12,008 bases of DNA from Promethearchaeati archaeon (GCA_013166835.1 JABLTI010000135.1:1-12008); one strand, 5' to 3'; positions 1-7,570 are shown, counted from the first letter of the stretch. A program made the numbers and translations. The notes: a model not told the origin generated them from the sequence alone.

Positions 1-1
1 G

Positions 2-27
2 TGACGGGGGCTTTGTTTGTCCTCGTC
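2..27. repeat. GC-rich hairpin-forming direct repeat, copy 1
   Basis: TGACGGGGGCTTTGTTTGTCC (2-22) matches 1500-1520 at 19/21 nt. GACGGGGGC/GTCCTCGTC can form a 9-bp stem (two G-U pairs) on the + strand. Confidence 0.75.
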
Positions 28-50
28 CCAAATTCCTTTATTGTCTCAGT

Positions 51-1196
51 TTACTCTTTGATTAATGCTTCAATATTTTTCATTAATTCTTTCCATGTTT
101 TCATTTGTTTCATTTTTTTGAATTCCTTATGATTTTCAAGGGTTTCTTTGAATCGTTTTGGATGCCTTGGTCCCATTTCCACTAATTTGTTTAGCATCTC
201 TATTGCTTCCTCATTTTTCTGTAGTCTGGCTAAAAGCTGAGCATATACGAAGTAATCTCGTCGGTCTTGTCTTTCTTTGATTGCTTTCTTGATGTATTGT
301 ATTCCCACATCAGGTTTATCTAAAATTAGTCCTCTATAAAATGCATTATATAAGAGGTGTTCTTTTTCATCATACATTCCATCTGCAGCTAGATAGCTTT
401 TTTTCCTCACAAGACCTACTTTTTCTGCTGTTCTCCAAGATCCTTCATTATCTTGATTGCAGTGCCATCCTATTTGATAGCCTTTTCCCTGGCCATATTC
501 TACTGTTGCAGTTGTGCATAGTGCAGCAAATCCTCTTCTTCGATATTCTCTTGCTGTTTGGATTCCAATCTCAAATTTATCTTTTACTCCCCAATCTGAG
601 AGACACCAGCCTGCAATCGTTTTATCATTTTCTACCAGACAAAATCCAAATCCTTTTTCAAGGAATTTCTCCTCATTCTCATACTGAGAATTAATCCATT
701 TTTTAATTTCCTCCATATTCTCAAGATTTTCTTGTTTTAGGAATGATTCATCTATTTCTCTCATTATGAAACCTTTTGGAATCTTAGCTCGCCAATCTGG
801 AATTAGTATTTTTTCCAATACGTAATAGTATCTTTCCAATGGTACAGGATCTTTTAGACCAAATGTTTTTTCTATCTTTTCAAACCAATCTTGGTGTTCA
901 AAATAGAATACCCATTCACCATGTGTTATTTCTTCCTTCTTACTTGCAATTGGGAATATTTCATCCTTCAAAATCTTTCCAATCGATACATTGAATTCAT
1001 CATTATTTGGATTCCCAGCTAAAAAGAGGGACCATATACTGTCTACTAGAAACCCACTTGTAGGTTTCTCTTTTGAGTCAACCCATATCCTGCCTGGGTT
1101 AATTCCAGCAATTACCACCATGCAATTCAAGCTGTATTCAACTTCTGCAAACAGTCCTCGAACTTTTTCAAATTCTTCTAATTGTAGTTCTATCAT
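51..1196 (-). CDS. GNAT-family N-acetyltransferase with C-terminal TPR-like helical extension
   Basis: Acetyl-CoA binding motif EIGIQTAREYRRRGFA, WHCNQDNEGSWRTAEKVG and GFGFCLVE are typical GNAT features. The C-terminal YFVYAQLLARLQKNEEAIEMLNKLVEMGP is TPR-like. ATG at 1196 preferred over TTG at 1238. Confidence 0.85.
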   Translation of the reverse strand: MIELQLEEFEKVRGLFAEVEYSLNCMVVIAGINPGRIWVDSKEKPTSGFLVDSIWSLFLAGNPNNDEFNVSIGKILKDEIFPIASKKEEITHGEWVFYFEHQDWFEKIEKTFGLKDPVPLERYYYVLEKILIPDWRAKIPKGFIMREIDESFLKQENLENMEEIKKWINSQYENEEKFLEKGFGFCLVENDKTIAGWCLSDWGVKDKFEIGIQTAREYRRRGFAALCTTATVEYGQGKGYQIGWHCNQDNEGSWRTAEKVGLVRKKSYLAADGMYDEKEHLLYNAFYRGLILDKPDVGIQYIKKAIKERQDRRDYFVYAQLLARLQKNEEAIEMLNKLVEMGPRHPKRFKETLENHKEFKKMKQMKTWKELMKNIEALIKE

Positions 1197-1290
1197 TTTT
1201 ATTTTCACTTGATTCCTGAGGAGTTGCCTTGTTAGCAATAGTATTTTCTCACTAATTATATAACAGCTACAAATGAATCATATAAAGCAC

Positions 1291-1297
1291 AAAAAAA
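1291..1297 (-). terminator. oligo-T tract (T7 on the minus strand), possible terminator/attenuator after the small ORF
   Basis: A7 on the + strand, 13 nt after the first stop codon of the 1311-1385 ORF. Archaeal intrinsic termination uses oligo-U tracts. Confidence 0.45.
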
Positions 1298-1310
1298 GTA
1301 TAGGTCATTA

Positions 1311-1385
1311 TTAACCAATCAATCTTAGGTGCCAACTGCTAATACCAATTGTAAATATCTGTACTCTAATTATTGAATAAATCAT
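1311..1385 (-). CDS. small 24-aa hydrophobic ORF MIYSIIRVQIFTIGISSWHLRLIG (leader peptide or small toxin-like peptide candidate)
   Basis: AGGAGGTG RBS (1397-1404) 11 nt before the ATG at 1385. Ends in three consecutive stops TAA TAA TGA (1305-1313). Too short for the ORF track. Confidence 0.5.
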   Translation of the reverse strand: MIYSIIRVQIFTIGISSWHLRLIG

Positions 1386-1414
1386 TGCTATACTGGCACC
1401 TCCTAAGATTATTG
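1316..1414 (-). promoter_or_regulatory. long RNA stem sequestering the RBS of the small ORF
   Basis: Minus-strand 5' arm CAAUAAUCUUAGGAGGUGCCAGU pairs with 3' arm GUUGGCACCUAAGAUUGAUUG (one 3-nt and one 1-nt bulge; inner G-U pairs favour the minus strand). Confidence 0.65.
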
Positions 1415-1433
1415 CTCTCTAATGGTATTATTC

Positions 1434-1449
1434 TATTTAAGATTTTATA
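1434..1449 (-). promoter_or_regulatory. putative archaeal TATA-like promoter for the hairpin/small-ORF transcript
   Basis: Minus strand reads TATAAAATCTTAAATA. TTAAATA (1434-1440) lies about 20-26 nt upstream of the hairpin 5' end. Confidence 0.4.
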
Positions 1450-1499
1450 CCAATCAATATTAAAATTCATTTAAAACAGAATTTATCTCCCTTTTCCTC

Positions 1500-1525
1500 T
1501 GACGGGGGCTTTCTTTGCCCCTGCA
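1500..1525. repeat. GC-rich hairpin-forming direct repeat, copy 2
   Basis: TGACGGGGGCTTTCTTTGCCCCTGCA, with a GGGGC/GCCCC stem and 7-nt loop, followed by a T-rich run on the + strand. Near-identical to 2-22. Confidence 0.75.
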
Positions 1526-1663
1526 CTATTTTCACTTTTACTCTAGGTATTATTGTTTTAAAATCCAAGAAGAAACTATTATTTTATTTAAGTTACTTTT
1601 TTTCTTCTGATTTATCATTATTGGAATTAACACACTACATTAAAATATACAAAAACTAAATAA

Positions 1664-2473
1664 TTGCACCTCACAATATTATTTGATGTGGCGAAAATCT
1701 TGGCAGCAATTGAACATTGGGTTTGGCTTATTATCTGCCCAATTATTTCTTACTTTATTGGATCAATTCCATTTTCTTTTATTGTTGCTAAATGGAGAAC
1801 TGGTGATGATATACGGGAATTTGGCACAAAGAATGTTGGTGGTTTAAATGTAATGATTAAAACCGGATTCAACTGGGGAATTCTTGCTGGTGGTTTGGAT
1901 TTCTTAAAAGGTTTGTTTTGTGTTATTACTGTTTTATTAATTCCCTTTAATGATACTCCTTTAGGCGGAGCCGGTGAATTTTGGGAAATTTCCATTCATA
2001 ATCTAATTTACATTCTTGTTGCTATGGCTGTTCTCCTAGGACACAATTATCCCATTTATTTGCGATTCCAAGGTGGTCGAGGTATAGCTGCAATTGTTAG
2101 CTTTCTAATTATTGCCAATCCGCTTCTTTTGCTTGTTTTTATTTTCAGTATGATTATTTTTGTTGTAATTACTAGGTATGTTCGCCCCTCACAATTTCTT
2201 GCTCTTTTCATCGGAATCCCTGTTGCCTTTTTCCTAAATTTCTTTCCTCCTTGGATAATATTAGTCGGCATGGATAGTACTTTTGTTCTTGGATTATTTA
2301 CAATAGCAATTGCATTAGCGATTTTACCAAAATATCTCAGATCATTTGTTGATATGTTCAAAGGCAAAGAATATCAGGTTGGCAAATTTTATTTTCTAGA
2401 TTTACATAATATGGTTGCAATGATTTTGGCATACTATCATTCTTTGTTATTTTTGCAAATTCAGAAGCAATAA
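1664..2473 (+). CDS. plsY: PlsY-family (acyl-phosphate:glycerol-3-phosphate acyltransferase-like) membrane protein, divergent
   Basis: SYFIGSIPFS, DIREFGTKNVGGLNV (motif 1), LDFLKG, GHNYPIYLRFQGGRGIA (motif 2) and multiple TM segments. Motif 3 is degenerate. Start is TTG 1664 or GTG 1688, and the 3' end may be extended by a 1-nt deletion. Confidence 0.85.
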   Translation: MHLTILFDVAKILAAIEHWVWLIICPIISYFIGSIPFSFIVAKWRTGDDIREFGTKNVGGLNVMIKTGFNWGILAGGLDFLKGLFCVITVLLIPFNDTPLGGAGEFWEISIHNLIYILVAMAVLLGHNYPIYLRFQGGRGIAAIVSFLIIANPLLLLVFIFSMIIFVVITRYVRPSQFLALFIGIPVAFFLNFFPPWIILVGMDSTFVLGLFTIAIALAILPKYLRSFVDMFKGKEYQVGKFYFLDLHNMVAMILAYYHSLLFLQIQKQ

Positions 2474-3356
2474 GACCGACCAATAATTGTCTATCCTCAT
2501 CTAGAGTTTTCATGTATAGAAATTTTCCTTTGGGGATATTTTTCGTTACTTCCCGGAATGTTCCTTCAGGATGGTATTTGTCTTTTGGTCCATGGCAAAC
2601 ATATACTTCATTTTTAATTTTCTTCAAATCATCAGTTAGATCGAAATTTACATTTTTCAGGGAGAACTTTCGCCATTTCCATGGAACTGCGCTTGCTACA
2701 ATATCCATATTTCTTTCTTTTTGAGCTTCATTCTTCATGTTAGACATAACTATTCTTGCAATAATGAATTTAAGAAATCCAAGAAGAAAAGGAGGTATAA
2801 ATGGCATGATTCCCTTAACGAAAATACGATTTTGTGTCCATTTAGTAAATGGATCAAATAGAATCGATGTGGGAGGAGATAGATGGTTATGTATTAATCC
2901 TTGTAGAATTACTCCTCCACTAAGACAAGCTCCCATTAATATGTAATCTTGATTAGTATAGCCAATAAAATCGATTACTTGAGTAATATCTTTGGCTAAT
3001 TGATTTATTGTCAGATCTGTCTTTCTATATCTTCTAATATTTGCAGATTTTTTGTCTCGAGTTTCAACATAATAATACTCATTTTGTTCATGATGTGCAA
3101 TATGAAAATCACGCCAAGTTAGGGGAGTAGTTCCAAATCCTGGCAAGAAAATTATAGGACGTTTAGAAATCTGTTTTTCAGGTTTATAATGATAGACTTT
3201 AAGTTCACCGTCTTTAACTGGAATATAAAAAACTTCACTGATACCTTCATCATAGAAATTTGGCACTTCATTTCTATATATATCAAGTAATTGATCTAAT
3301 TCGGGATTATTTGCTTTAGTATTTTTTTTGTTTTCATTAGCTTTCAAGATTATCAC
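2358..3356 (-). CDS. alpha/beta-hydrolase fold protein with Cys at the nucleophile elbow
   Basis: RPIIFLPGF oxyanion region, DLTINQLAKDI, ILMGACLSGG elbow, CHGPKDKYHP acid motif. Start probably GTG 3356 or TTG 3347, just after the degV stop, rather than TTG 3389. Confidence 0.8.
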   Translation of the reverse strand: MIILKANENKKNTKANNPELDQLLDIYRNEVPNFYDEGISEVFYIPVKDGELKVYHYKPEKQISKRPIIFLPGFGTTPLTWRDFHIAHHEQNEYYYVETRDKKSANIRRYRKTDLTINQLAKDITQVIDFIGYTNQDYILMGACLSGGVILQGLIHNHLSPPTSILFDPFTKWTQNRIFVKGIMPFIPPFLLGFLKFIIARIVMSNMKNEAQKERNMDIVASAVPWKWRKFSLKNVNFDLTDDLKKIKNEVYVCHGPKDKYHPEGTFREVTKNIPKGKFLYMKTLDEDRQLLVGLIASEFAKITKNDSMPKSLQPYYVNLENKICQPDILCL

Positions 3357-3364
3357 TTTGAAAA

Positions 3365-4255
3365 TTATTCTTTCATTTTCTTGATCCAACGTTTTTTGTA
3401 ATCCCCTATATACATAAAACCAAGTGATTTTTCCCCTACGTGAGTACCAACTACTGGACCTGCTTCTTGAATTCTTATCTCTTTATTTTGAACATTGTGT
3501 GCTTCCATTATTTCGTAAAATTCTTGAGCAACTTCTGGATTTCTGACATGCCAAATAAAGATATTATCAGTAATTGCATTTTTTACTACAAGAGGAGCAA
3601 TGAATTTCATTCGTTTGATAACATCCTTGTTTCCACGAAGTGTTCCACCGGGAACTATTAATCCCTCTTTGAAATTAACAAGTGGTTTGATTTGAAAAGA
3701 CGACACCATAAATTTCTTAGCCCAACCAACGCGTCCGCTTCTATAAACACTATCAACACTATCTAAAACAACAACTAGTCTAGCTTGTGTTTTTAGTTCT
3801 TCCAATTTTTGAAGGATTTCGTCCTTTGAATAATCCTTCTGAATCATTTTTGCTGCTGCCATCACAAGTACTCCAAGTGTAGATGTAGCAACTCTCGAAT
3901 CTACAAGTGAAATATCAGCATTCTCAAATTTGCTTCTTACTTTGACAGCAGCCTGATATAATCCTGAGAAACTATCAGAAAGAAAAATTCCGATAACTGA
4001 ATCAGCTCCATCTAATGCTTCGTTGAAAACCTTCTCAATCTCAGCAAGTGAAGGTATGGCAGAAGTCGGATATTCTTCGCATGTCCTAACTTTTTCATAA
4101 AACTCATCTTTAGTTAGTGTTCCCCAATCACCAAAGGTTTTGATTCTTTCTTCACCAAAAATTACTTGAAAAGGAACAATATGAATATTATATTTCTCTA
4201 CTAAATCTCTAGGAATGTCACAGCTACCATCTGTAACTAATGCAATTTTTGCCAT
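3365..4255 (-). CDS. degV: DegV/FakB family fatty-acid binding protein
   Basis: IALVTDGSCD, LSDSFSGLY, VDSR, SGRVG, IKPL and GPVVGTHVG are DegV hallmarks. 296 aa with a GGAGA RBS upstream. Confidence 0.93.
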   Translation of the reverse strand: MAKIALVTDGSCDIPRDLVEKYNIHIVPFQVIFGEERIKTFGDWGTLTKDEFYEKVRTCEEYPTSAIPSLAEIEKVFNEALDGADSVIGIFLSDSFSGLYQAAVKVRSKFENADISLVDSRVATSTLGVLVMAAAKMIQKDYSKDEILQKLEELKTQARLVVVLDSVDSVYRSGRVGWAKKFMVSSFQIKPLVNFKEGLIVPGGTLRGNKDVIKRMKFIAPLVVKNAITDNIFIWHVRNPEVAQEFYEIMEAHNVQNKEIRIQEAGPVVGTHVGEKSLGFMYIGDYKKRWIKKMKE

Positions 4256-4474
4256 TTGAAATGGTCTCCATAGTTGGAAATATTAAGGAATATTGTATTA
4301 CTATTTAACTTAATAATTATTGAATTTTTTCTTTTCTCAATAGATTTTATGATTATATTTCTTATACTTGTTTTTTACAAAATGAAAGTTTAATCTAATC
4401 TTCCAAACATCTTCTTTTTTTTGCAATAAAAAACACATAAACTTTTTATTAGCTCAAAATAAACACACTCTATT

Positions 4475-5947
4475 ATGGCGAAATTGGAAGTCCCTTTTGG
4501 AAAAAATCTTGCGTTCGGAGTAGGAGAAATTGCTGACCAACTCGCTTATCAAGGTTTTACATTTACGATTTTCACTTTTTATTTTTCAGTTATGAAGCTT
4601 GATGCAAAATACATTACCATTGTTTTCATTCTTTGGTCTATTTACAATGCGTTTAATGATCCTATTATTGGTTCATTCTCTGATAGAACGAGAACCAGAA
4701 AAATTTTTGGTGGGAGAAGACGTCCTTGGATGATTGTTGCTGCACTTCCGCTAGCAATTGTTATGTTCCTTCTTTTTACTCCCCCTGGGGGACAAGTGGC
4801 TGGCGGTTATGCCATTGGAACAATAATCTATATGCTCTTTATTATGTGTCTCTTTGATACTGTCTATACTGCATTTTCTATTAACCGCACTTCTCTTTAT
4901 CCCGAATTATTCCGCACCGATAAGGCTAGGGAAGAAGTTGGTGCTCTTCGCAGAATTTTGATGGTCATTGCTCTGTTATTGGCATTCATCATGCCTACTT
5001 TACTTATATCAGACATGACTTTAGAAGAACCAACATCTTTGTTTGCTGATATTAAATGGCAATATCAACTTACAGGTATAATCTTTGGTGTGATCATTTT
5101 AGTAACAATTTTGATTAATGTTTTGTGGGGTGCTAAGGAAGCACCATTTGAGGAATTAGAAAAGAAGAAGCCATTGAAACTTTGGGAATCTTTGAAGGTT
5201 AGTCTTAAGAATAAGAAATTCGTCATTTTCGCTTTGTGTTCAACTATGAACTGGTATGTCTTCGGTTTAATTCCCACTATTATGCCTATTTATGTGAAAA
5301 GCGTTGTTGACACAACTAACGACTGGTTATATGTTGCACTTGACTCATTAGGTGAATTACGTATTAGTGTACCCTTAGTGTTAGCGTTCGTTATGTCTAT
5401 ATTTGGAGTTCTTTTCTGGTCATTTATTGATAGAAAAATAGGCAGTAAATTGGGTTTCATACTCTCAATGTCTTTGTGGGCAGCTGTTCTTATCCCTTTG
5501 ATTTTCGTCAAATCATACCTTGGAATCCTCATTATCATGACTCTGAATGGGATTGGTCTCGGAGGATCACCCTACTTCATTGATAGACATATTTCAAATA
5601 TTGCAGATGATGATGAACTAAGAACGGGTCAAAGAAGAGAAGGGTCGTATTTTGGTGTTCATGCATTGTTTGTTCGATTATCTACTATTCTATCAATCGG
5701 TTCCATCGCAATAGTTCTTACTACGAATGGTTGGGCTGTGTATGATCCGGCTGTAGTTACGGAACAGATACAATTCGGTCTTCGTTCTCTGATGTCTCTC
5801 TTCCCAGCTGGTGCATTGCTGATTGGTATTGTTATCCTAATCTTTTATCCTCTGGGAAAGAAAGAAGTAATGAAAATGCAAGCTGGATTGAAAGATAGAA
5901 CGGAAGAAACCTCAGAATTTGAAGCTGAAGTTTCTGATGAGAAATAA
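4475..5947 (+). CDS. MFS transporter, GPH (MelB-like glycoside-pentoside-hexuronide:cation symporter) family
   Basis: NAFNDPIIGSFSDRTRT, GRRRPW, DDDELRTGQRREGSYFG and about 12 hydrophobic segments. Confidence 0.93.
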   Translation: MAKLEVPFGKNLAFGVGEIADQLAYQGFTFTIFTFYFSVMKLDAKYITIVFILWSIYNAFNDPIIGSFSDRTRTRKIFGGRRRPWMIVAALPLAIVMFLLFTPPGGQVAGGYAIGTIIYMLFIMCLFDTVYTAFSINRTSLYPELFRTDKAREEVGALRRILMVIALLLAFIMPTLLISDMTLEEPTSLFADIKWQYQLTGIIFGVIILVTILINVLWGAKEAPFEELEKKKPLKLWESLKVSLKNKKFVIFALCSTMNWYVFGLIPTIMPIYVKSVVDTTNDWLYVALDSLGELRISVPLVLAFVMSIFGVLFWSFIDRKIGSKLGFILSMSLWAAVLIPLIFVKSYLGILIIMTLNGIGLGGSPYFIDRHISNIADDDELRTGQRREGSYFGVHALFVRLSTILSIGSIAIVLTTNGWAVYDPAVVTEQIQFGLRSLMSLFPAGALLIGIVILIFYPLGKKEVMKMQAGLKDRTEETSEFEAEVSDEK

Positions 5948-5956
5948 AAAGAAAAG

Positions 5957-6838
5957 CTAAGTTTCTTTAGCTTTCTTCTTCCCCTTTTTTTTTGCTTCCA
6001 CTTCATCAAGTCCATAACCCTTACGCACTCTTTCTCTGAAAAGGGCCAGAAATCGAGTTATTGGACCTCCATCCACAGTTGTATGATCTATATTGAAAGT
6101 TATCCAGAGGTAATCTCGAGGTATTATTTTTTCTGTATCAACTTCACCATTCTCTTTAATCAAGTAACCAGGACGTTTTTCAATTCCTCCAACATTTATT
6201 GAGAGATTCTCAACTGCAATGGGTATAGAGGTTCCTCCACCTCCTGCGTACATACCAACTGATGTGATTCCTATTGTACCAGCAAATTGTCGACGAAGGA
6301 ATGGATTTTTAAAAATACGATTAAAGAGAAATCGTCTAAGAAATCCGGGCATTCTTAGAAGTTTATCAGTAGCTGATGCTCCTTCTTTATCGACCATACT
6401 GTCGTCTTTTATTGTTTTTGTACCCCTTATGACATCTGTTATTTCTTGAATCGTTTTTTCATTTGCTTTACGCATCAAAACTGAGGTGGGCATTTTCTTT
6501 CCTTTAACCTCACGTTCAACTAGGAAAAAAACATCTACATCCTCAAAAATAACCATACGTCTTCGTCGCCATTTTATTGCTTGCATGTAAGGATGCTCTG
6601 CTACAGTTCTAGCAAAAACATATGTTAAATAAGCAGAAAATGAAAGTTTAATATCCTTCTCTTTTAGTTCTTTAATTTTCATAAGAGGATAGGTAACATC
6701 AATATCTCCAATAGCATAAACCTTCAGTGATTTTTTCCCGATAGATATGAAATCAACCACAATATCTCGACCACGAGAGAATGGTACAGTATAATATGAA
6801 CCAAATTTCGATTCTTTTGTTTCTCTTTTTCCGTTCAT
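5957..6838 (-). CDS. stand-alone 2-oxoacid dehydrogenase E2-type acyltransferase catalytic domain (no lipoyl or E1/E3-binding domain)
   Basis: DIDVT, GTIGITSVGM and ITFNIDHTTVDGG (HxxxDG catalytic motif). 293 aa with no lipoyl-Lys domain. Confidence 0.88.
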   Translation of the reverse strand: MNGKRETKESKFGSYYTVPFSRGRDIVVDFISIGKKSLKVYAIGDIDVTYPLMKIKELKEKDIKLSFSAYLTYVFARTVAEHPYMQAIKWRRRRMVIFEDVDVFFLVEREVKGKKMPTSVLMRKANEKTIQEITDVIRGTKTIKDDSMVDKEGASATDKLLRMPGFLRRFLFNRIFKNPFLRRQFAGTIGITSVGMYAGGGGTSIPIAVENLSINVGGIEKRPGYLIKENGEVDTEKIIPRDYLWITFNIDHTTVDGGPITRFLALFRERVRKGYGLDEVEAKKKGKKKAKET

Positions 6839-6898
6839 AATATTTGGATTAACTGAAATGATAACATAAATATTGCGGTAAACAAGTATGTCTTCCTG

Positions 6899-7549
6899 TT
6901 ATATGTCATTGAGATCCAGTACTAGTAGTGCTAAACAATCAACTATCAATACCAATTTCTGAAAAATAATGGACAATAATATTAGTACCGGATTTTTGGT
7001 TATTTCAGATGGAATAAAAAATACAATTAATAAAACAATAACTACAAAAACCAATACAACAATTGATACATCTAGATAATAATCAAATTTTCGTTTCTCA
7101 GGTATTTCTTGACGTTTTCTTACATATCTGAGTAATTGAAGGGTGAAATTTAATATGCCAAATCCTGCGACAAAGAGAGCTGCACCTACTGTATGTAGAA
7201 TCAATAAATTACCTTTGTCTTGGGGGATAGCTACCAAACTAGCTCCAAAAGCAAGTATTAGATTCAATGATCCTTTGAGATACTTGTATCGAAAATCACT
7301 AACAAAATACAGTATAGAATTAACAATAGAAATCAAAGCACATAATCCAAACCCCACACTCATAATAATTGATGAAATTAGATTATCATACAAAAAATCA
7401 ACGCTCAATTGTGCTCCTAATTCACTTAAATAATCTTGGAAAAACCTGTAAGGTTCCGGCAGAAAATAAATCGCAAGACCCACAGTTAAAGCTAAAATTG
7501 GGAAAATTAGCAAATAGAGATATCTAATTGTTTTTTGCATTCTCTTCAA
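6899..7549 (-). CDS. DUF998-like (Frag1/DRAM/Sfk1-related) multi-pass membrane protein
   Basis: About 6 TM segments, YRFFQDYLSELG after TM1 and a His in LHTVGA. TTG start with a GAAGGGG RBS. Confidence 0.6.
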   Translation of the reverse strand: MKRMQKTIRYLYLLIFPILALTVGLAIYFLPEPYRFFQDYLSELGAQLSVDFLYDNLISSIIMSVGFGLCALISIVNSILYFVSDFRYKYLKGSLNLILAFGASLVAIPQDKGNLLILHTVGAALFVAGFGILNFTLQLLRYVRKRQEIPEKRKFDYYLDVSIVVLVFVVIVLLIVFFIPSEITKNPVLILLSIIFQKLVLIVDCLALLVLDLNDI

Positions 7550-7570
7550 AATAAATCCCCTTCATTTAAA

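Noticed and set aside
1-14. CGGGGGCT as a tRNA 3' end acting as an integration site
   Set aside because: It resembles an acceptor-stem strand, but copy 2 has no T-loop before it and the context of copy 1 is outside the window, so it cannot be supported here.
341-1212. + strand ORFs 341-694 and 991-1212
   Set aside because: Antisense shadows of the GNAT gene with no recognisable motifs.
2-1525. CRISPR array
   Set aside because: Only two repeat copies 1.5 kb apart, with no spacer periodicity and no cas genes.
1467-1535. Minus-strand 22-aa ORF (GTG start, KIVQGQRKPPSEEKGDKFCFK) running through repeat copy 2, or a c-di-GMP riboswitch/SECIS reading of the repeat
   Set aside because: No clear RBS for the ORF, and the core motifs of those RNA families are not matched.
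1750-3661. Short ORFs 1750-1995, 2056-2367, 2512-2724, 2737-2946 and 3440-3661
   Set aside because: They lie opposite well-supported genes (plsY, hydrolase, degV) and show no family motifs.
4252-4264. Palindrome CCATTT-G-AAATGG over the degV start codon
   Set aside because: Only 6-bp arms with a 1-nt loop, plausible by chance in AT-rich DNA.
5065-7433. Short ORFs 5065-5277, 5290-5538, 6219-6449 and 7143-7433
   Set aside because: Antisense shadows of the MFS, E2-like and DUF998-like genes.
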